In this document: positions 60,555-64,000 of the stretch, in pieces | Position numbering within the stretch: the stretch's first letter is position 1 | How the letters are laid out: each line of letters starts with the position of its first letter | Assembly (NCBI GenBank): GCA_965220745.1 | Contig: CBDCQT010000003.1 | Location: 64,001 to 128,000 of the forward strand | DNA: 64,000 nt | Origin: Alphaproteobacteria bacterium | Lineage (GTDB): Bacteria; Pseudomonadota; Alphaproteobacteria; UBA828 | Direction of reading: 5' to 3' | Position numbers and translations under genes: made by a program | Notes under the pieces: generated by a model | What the model was told of the DNA's origin: nothing | What the model saw: the letters and a program-made list of their open reading frames with translations, nothing else | Database searches by the model: none

Positions 60555-61619
60555 ATGAGGGACGTGCGCAAGGGGCGGGGAGCGGCAAGCAACCGGAGCG
60601 GGCGCTACGAGCGGCACGAACGGGAGGCGTTCGACGACGGTTGGGACACCATCGACGAGGAACCGCGGCCCCTTCGCACGGAGGTGCGGCCCGATGCCAG
60701 CCGCACGGTGATCACCCGTAACAACTCGCCCGACCTCGGTTTCGACCGTTCAATCAACGTCTATCGCGGCTGCGAGCATGGCTGCGTCTATTGCTACGCA
60801 CGCCCCACCCACGCCTTTCTCGGCCTCTCGCCCGGCCAGGACTTCGAGAGCCGGATCTTCGCCAAGCACGACGCGCCGGCCCAGCTGGAGCGCGAGCTGG
60901 CCAGACCGGGCTACGAGTGCCGCATGATCGCGATGGGCACCAACACCGACCCCTACCAGCCGACCGAGCGGCGCCTCGCGCTCACGCGGGGTGTGCTCGA
61001 GGTGCTGGACCGTTGCGATCATCCCGTCGGCATCGTGACCAAGTCTGCGCTGGTGACGCGCGATGCGGACATTCTGGCCCGCATGGCGCGGCGCAGGCTC
61101 GCCACGGTCGCGCTCTCGGTCACGACGCTCGACCGCGACCTCGCCCGCACCATGGAGCCGCGCGCCTCGACGCCGGCGAAACGGTTGGGGGCAATGCGCA
61201 CGCTCAGCGTTGCCGGGGTGCCGGTGGGCGTGATGGTGGCGCCCATCGTCCCCGGCCTCACCGATCACGAGATGGAATCGATTCTCGAAGCGGCCGCCGA
61301 GGCAGGCGCCGGCCGCGCGGGCTATGTCCTCCTGCGGCTGCCGCTGGAAGTGCGGGAGCTCTTCCTGGAGTGGCTCGCGGTGCATGCACCTAACAGGGCC
61401 AGGCGCGTCGTGTCCCTGTTGCAGGGGATGCGTGCGGGCCGGCTCAACGACCCCAACTTCGGCTCCCGCATGACCGGCGCCGGCCCGTACGCCGACCTTA
61501 TCGCTTCGCGCTTCGCTGCGGCGACAAAGCGCCTCGGACTGGTGCGGCGTGGGCCCGACCTAGACACCGGGCGCTTCCGTCCACCCTCCCGCCACCCGGC
61601 GCAACTCGCGCTGTTCTGA
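60555..61619 (+). CDS. PA0069-family radical SAM protein (spore photoproduct lyase-like DNA repair)
   Basis: KGRGAASNRSGRY, YRGCEHGCVYCYARP, GTNTDPYQP, MEPRAST. Confidence 0.92.
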   Translation: MRDVRKGRGAASNRSGRYERHEREAFDDGWDTIDEEPRPLRTEVRPDASRTVITRNNSPDLGFDRSINVYRGCEHGCVYCYARPTHAFLGLSPGQDFESRIFAKHDAPAQLERELARPGYECRMIAMGTNTDPYQPTERRLALTRGVLEVLDRCDHPVGIVTKSALVTRDADILARMARRRLATVALSVTTLDRDLARTMEPRASTPAKRLGAMRTLSVAGVPVGVMVAPIVPGLTDHEMESILEAAAEAGAGRAGYVLLRLPLEVRELFLEWLAVHAPNRARRVVSLLQGMRAGRLNDPNFGSRMTGAGPYADLIASRFAAATKRLGLVRRGPDLDTGRFRPPSRHPAQLALF

Positions 61620-61657
61620 GCCGCCGGCGCGCACGCCAGGCGTGCTAGAACGGCTTC

Positions 61658-62296
61658 ATGGCCGTGAGGCGCAAGCAGCAGGAGCAGCCTGATCTTTCGC
61701 TGGAACACGCAGCCGGCGGGCGCGTGGCCGGCATCGACGAGGCAGGCCGGGGCCCATGGGCCGGGCCCGTTGTCGCGGCGGCAGTCGTGTTCGGCGGGGG
61801 CGACCCACCGCCGCAGCTTCGAGTTGCAATCACCGATTCCAAGCTTCTCAAGGCGGAGCAGCGCGCCGCGCTCCAGCCGGCGATCCTGTCCTGCGCCGAT
61901 GCTGCGGTCGGGGTCGCTTCGGTCGCCGAGATCGATAGCATGAACATCCTGCAGGCCACGTTGCTCGCCATGCGCCGGGCCGTCGCCCGCCTTACCGACA
62001 CCCCCGACTTGGCGCTGGTGGACGGCAACCGCGCGCCGCGCTTGCAATGCCCGGTGTGGACGGTGGTGGGCGGTGACCGCAAGAGCCTCTCGATCGCCGC
62101 GGCTTCCATCGTCGCCAAGGTGACGAGAGACCGGCTGATGGCGCGCCTCGCGGCGGACTATCCGGGCTACGGCTGGGAGCGGAACGCCGGCTACGGCACG
62201 GCGGAGCACCAGACAGCGCTCGCGCGGCTCGGTCCGTGCGCGCAGCACCGACGCTCCTTTCGTCCGATCCGCGAACTCCTGGAAGCCGAACCGTGA
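61658..62296 (+). CDS. rnhB: Ribonuclease HII
   Basis: GIDEAGRGPWAGPVVAAAV, DSK, SIAAASIVAKV, HRRSF. Confidence 0.96.
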   Translation: MAVRRKQQEQPDLSLEHAAGGRVAGIDEAGRGPWAGPVVAAAVVFGGGDPPPQLRVAITDSKLLKAEQRAALQPAILSCADAAVGVASVAEIDSMNILQATLLAMRRAVARLTDTPDLALVDGNRAPRLQCPVWTVVGGDRKSLSIAAASIVAKVTRDRLMARLAADYPGYGWERNAGYGTAEHQTALARLGPCAQHRRSFRPIRELLEAEP

Positions 62297-62835
62297 GCAG
62301 CCGCGTGTCCGGTGACGACCTCGTCGTCTGTCCGCCGGGCGGCCTTCGCTGGCGCGGGCGCCTGTTTGCCTGCGCCATCGGCTGGGGCGGGGTTCGCTCA
62401 AACAAGCGCGAGGGCGACGGCGCGACCCCCGCCGGCCGTTTTCCCCTCCGCCGGGTCCTCTATCGACCCGACCGGATGGCGCCGCCGCGCACAGCGCTCC
62501 CCATCACGCCGCTGAGCCCTCGTGATGGCTGGTGCGACGACCCCGGCCACCCGCTCTACAACCGGCCGCTGCACCTGCCGCACGAGGCCCGCCATGAGGA
62601 GCTCTGGCGGGCGGATCATGTGTACGACCTGATCGTCATCCTCGGCCACAACGATGCGCCCGTGGTTCCGGGGCTCGGCAGTGCGGTATTCCTGCACGTC
62701 GCCCAGCCGGACTACGCGCCCACCGCAGGCTGCGTTGCCGTGGCAGCGGGCGACTTGCTGACGATCCTGGCCGGCATGGGCAAACGCACGTGTCTCCGCG
62801 TGCCGCCTGTCGTGGTGCTTCCCGTCCGGGGCTGA
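62293..62835 (+). CDS. L,D-transpeptidase (YkuD-like) family protein
   Basis: KREGDGATPAG, GWCDDP, GSAVFLH, PTAGCVA. Confidence 0.85.
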   Translation: MSSRVSGDDLVVCPPGGLRWRGRLFACAIGWGGVRSNKREGDGATPAGRFPLRRVLYRPDRMAPPRTALPITPLSPRDGWCDDPGHPLYNRPLHLPHEARHEELWRADHVYDLIVILGHNDAPVVPGLGSAVFLHVAQPDYAPTAGCVAVAAGDLLTILAGMGKRTCLRVPPVVVLPVRG

Positions 62836-63013
62836 CCCTATCGGCACTCCTGACCATGGTACGGGTTACGGCCCGCGGCGAGCGCCCACTCCCGTTCAGG
62901 ATGCTGCGGCCAGAGTCGTGCCTCCGCCAGTTGCAGAAAGCCGTCCCTGGTTTTCGGCAGCATCGGATTCCAGTAGGGTGCCAAGCAATCCGAAAAGGAG
63001 GAGGTCGTATCCC

Positions 63014-64000
63014 ATGAGAAAATTTGCTCTCGCAATTCTGGCCGCCGCCACCCTGGCTGTGGCAGGGCCTGTTAGCGCCCAGGAAGACATGCCATTCGCG
63101 CTTGACTGGAAGTTCGAAGGTCCCTCTGGGCCGTATTTCGCGGCCATCGACAATGGCCATTTTGAAGCCGCCGGCCTCAACGTCGAGATTTCCGCCGGCC
63201 AGGGCTCACTGGATGCCATTCCCAAGGTCGCCACCGGTGCCTTCCCGGTCGGCTTCGCGGACATCAACTCTCTGGTCAAGTTCCTGGACCAGAATCCCGG
63301 TGCACCGGTCATCGCGGTCATGATGATCTATGACAAGCCGCCGTTCGCCGTCGTCGGCCGCAAGAGCCTCGGCGTCAGCGTACCGAAGGATCTCGAGGGG
63401 CGGGTGCTCGGAGCGCCGCCGCCGGACGGTGCCTGGGCTCAATTCCCGGCCTTCGCCACCGCCAACGACCTCGATATGGGCAAGATCACCGTGGAGCCGG
63501 TCGGCTTCCCGACCCGCGAGCCGATGCTTGCAGAAGGCAACGTGGATGCCGTGACCGGCTATTCCTTCTCGTCCTTCCTGAATCTCGTCCGCCTCGGCGT
63601 GCCGGAGGACGACATTTCGACCATCCTGATGGCGGATTACGGTCTCGCGCTCTACGGCAACGCGGTCATCGTGAACACCGATTATGCGGCCGACAACGCC
63701 GACAACGTCACGGGGTTCATCACCGCGGTCGCGAAGGGGTGGAAGGATGCCATTGCCGATCCGGCCAAGGCCATCGAGTCGCTGATCGAGCGGAACCCTG
63801 CCGCCGACGCGGCGCTTGAGACTCGTCGGCTTCAGCTTTCCATCGACGCCAATGTGCTCACCGACTACGCCAGCGCCAACGGAATCGGCGGCATCGATGC
63901 TGCGCGCATGGAGAAGGCGCTGATGCAGATCGCGGAGACGTACGAGTTCCAGAACGAGCCGGACGCTTCGCTCTATTTCACGGATGCCTATCTGCCCGCG
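63014..64000 (+). CDS. NMT1/THI5-like ABC substrate-binding protein, truncated by window end
   Basis: ATG 63014 MRKFALAILAAATLAVAGPVSAQ...LDWKFEGP...GQGS...FADIN...YGN; no stop before the window end. Confidence 0.85.
   Translation, partial: MRKFALAILAAATLAVAGPVSAQEDMPFALDWKFEGPSGPYFAAIDNGHFEAAGLNVEISAGQGSLDAIPKVATGAFPVGFADINSLVKFLDQNPGAPVIAVMMIYDKPPFAVVGRKSLGVSVPKDLEGRVLGAPPPDGAWAQFPAFATANDLDMGKITVEPVGFPTREPMLAEGNVDAVTGYSFSSFLNLVRLGVPEDDISTILMADYGLALYGNAVIVNTDYAADNADNVTGFITAVAKGWKDAIADPAKAIESLIERNPAADAALETRRLQLSIDANVLTDYASANGIGGIDAARMEKALMQIAETYEFQNEPDASLYFTDAYLPA

Noticed and set aside
62836-63013. TPP riboswitch before the NMT1/THI5-like gene
   Set aside because: Conserved TPP aptamer segments (GCTGAGA, CCTGA...AATxC...GG) are not seen; only a short TCGGATT/AATCCGA hairpin.

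Overview
A visibly GC-rich bacterial chromosomal segment, most likely Alphaproteobacteria (GTTC-N7-GTTC LexA box, thrB-rnhA synteny, fused indolepyruvate oxidoreductase). Main content: (i) a complete clade I nitrous-oxide reduction operon nosRZDFYLX with an FNR/NnrR-type box; (ii) a catabolic region (about 34-51 kb) with a divergent acetone-carboxylase-like acxABC set. Its beta subunit has an in-frame amber codon at a normally conserved Lys and its gamma subunit has no cysteines. It is flanked by a biotin carboxylase/carboxyltransferase pair, a sugar-type ABC importer with a fused double permease, a CocE/NonD hydrolase and a three-domain Rid protein; (iii) three toxin-antitoxin-like cassettes (vapBC, DUF1902-hicA, small ORF + HEPN); (iv) two back-to-back polyamine-type ABC operons; (v) housekeeping and repair genes (thrB, rnhA, rnhB, pepF, LexA-controlled PA0069 radical SAM); (vi) two families of dispersed palindromic intergenic repeats and a 10-bp-phased repeat array. 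I saw no rRNA, tRNA, CRISPR array, transposase or integrase. All calls come from reading motifs by eye; no database searches were run.
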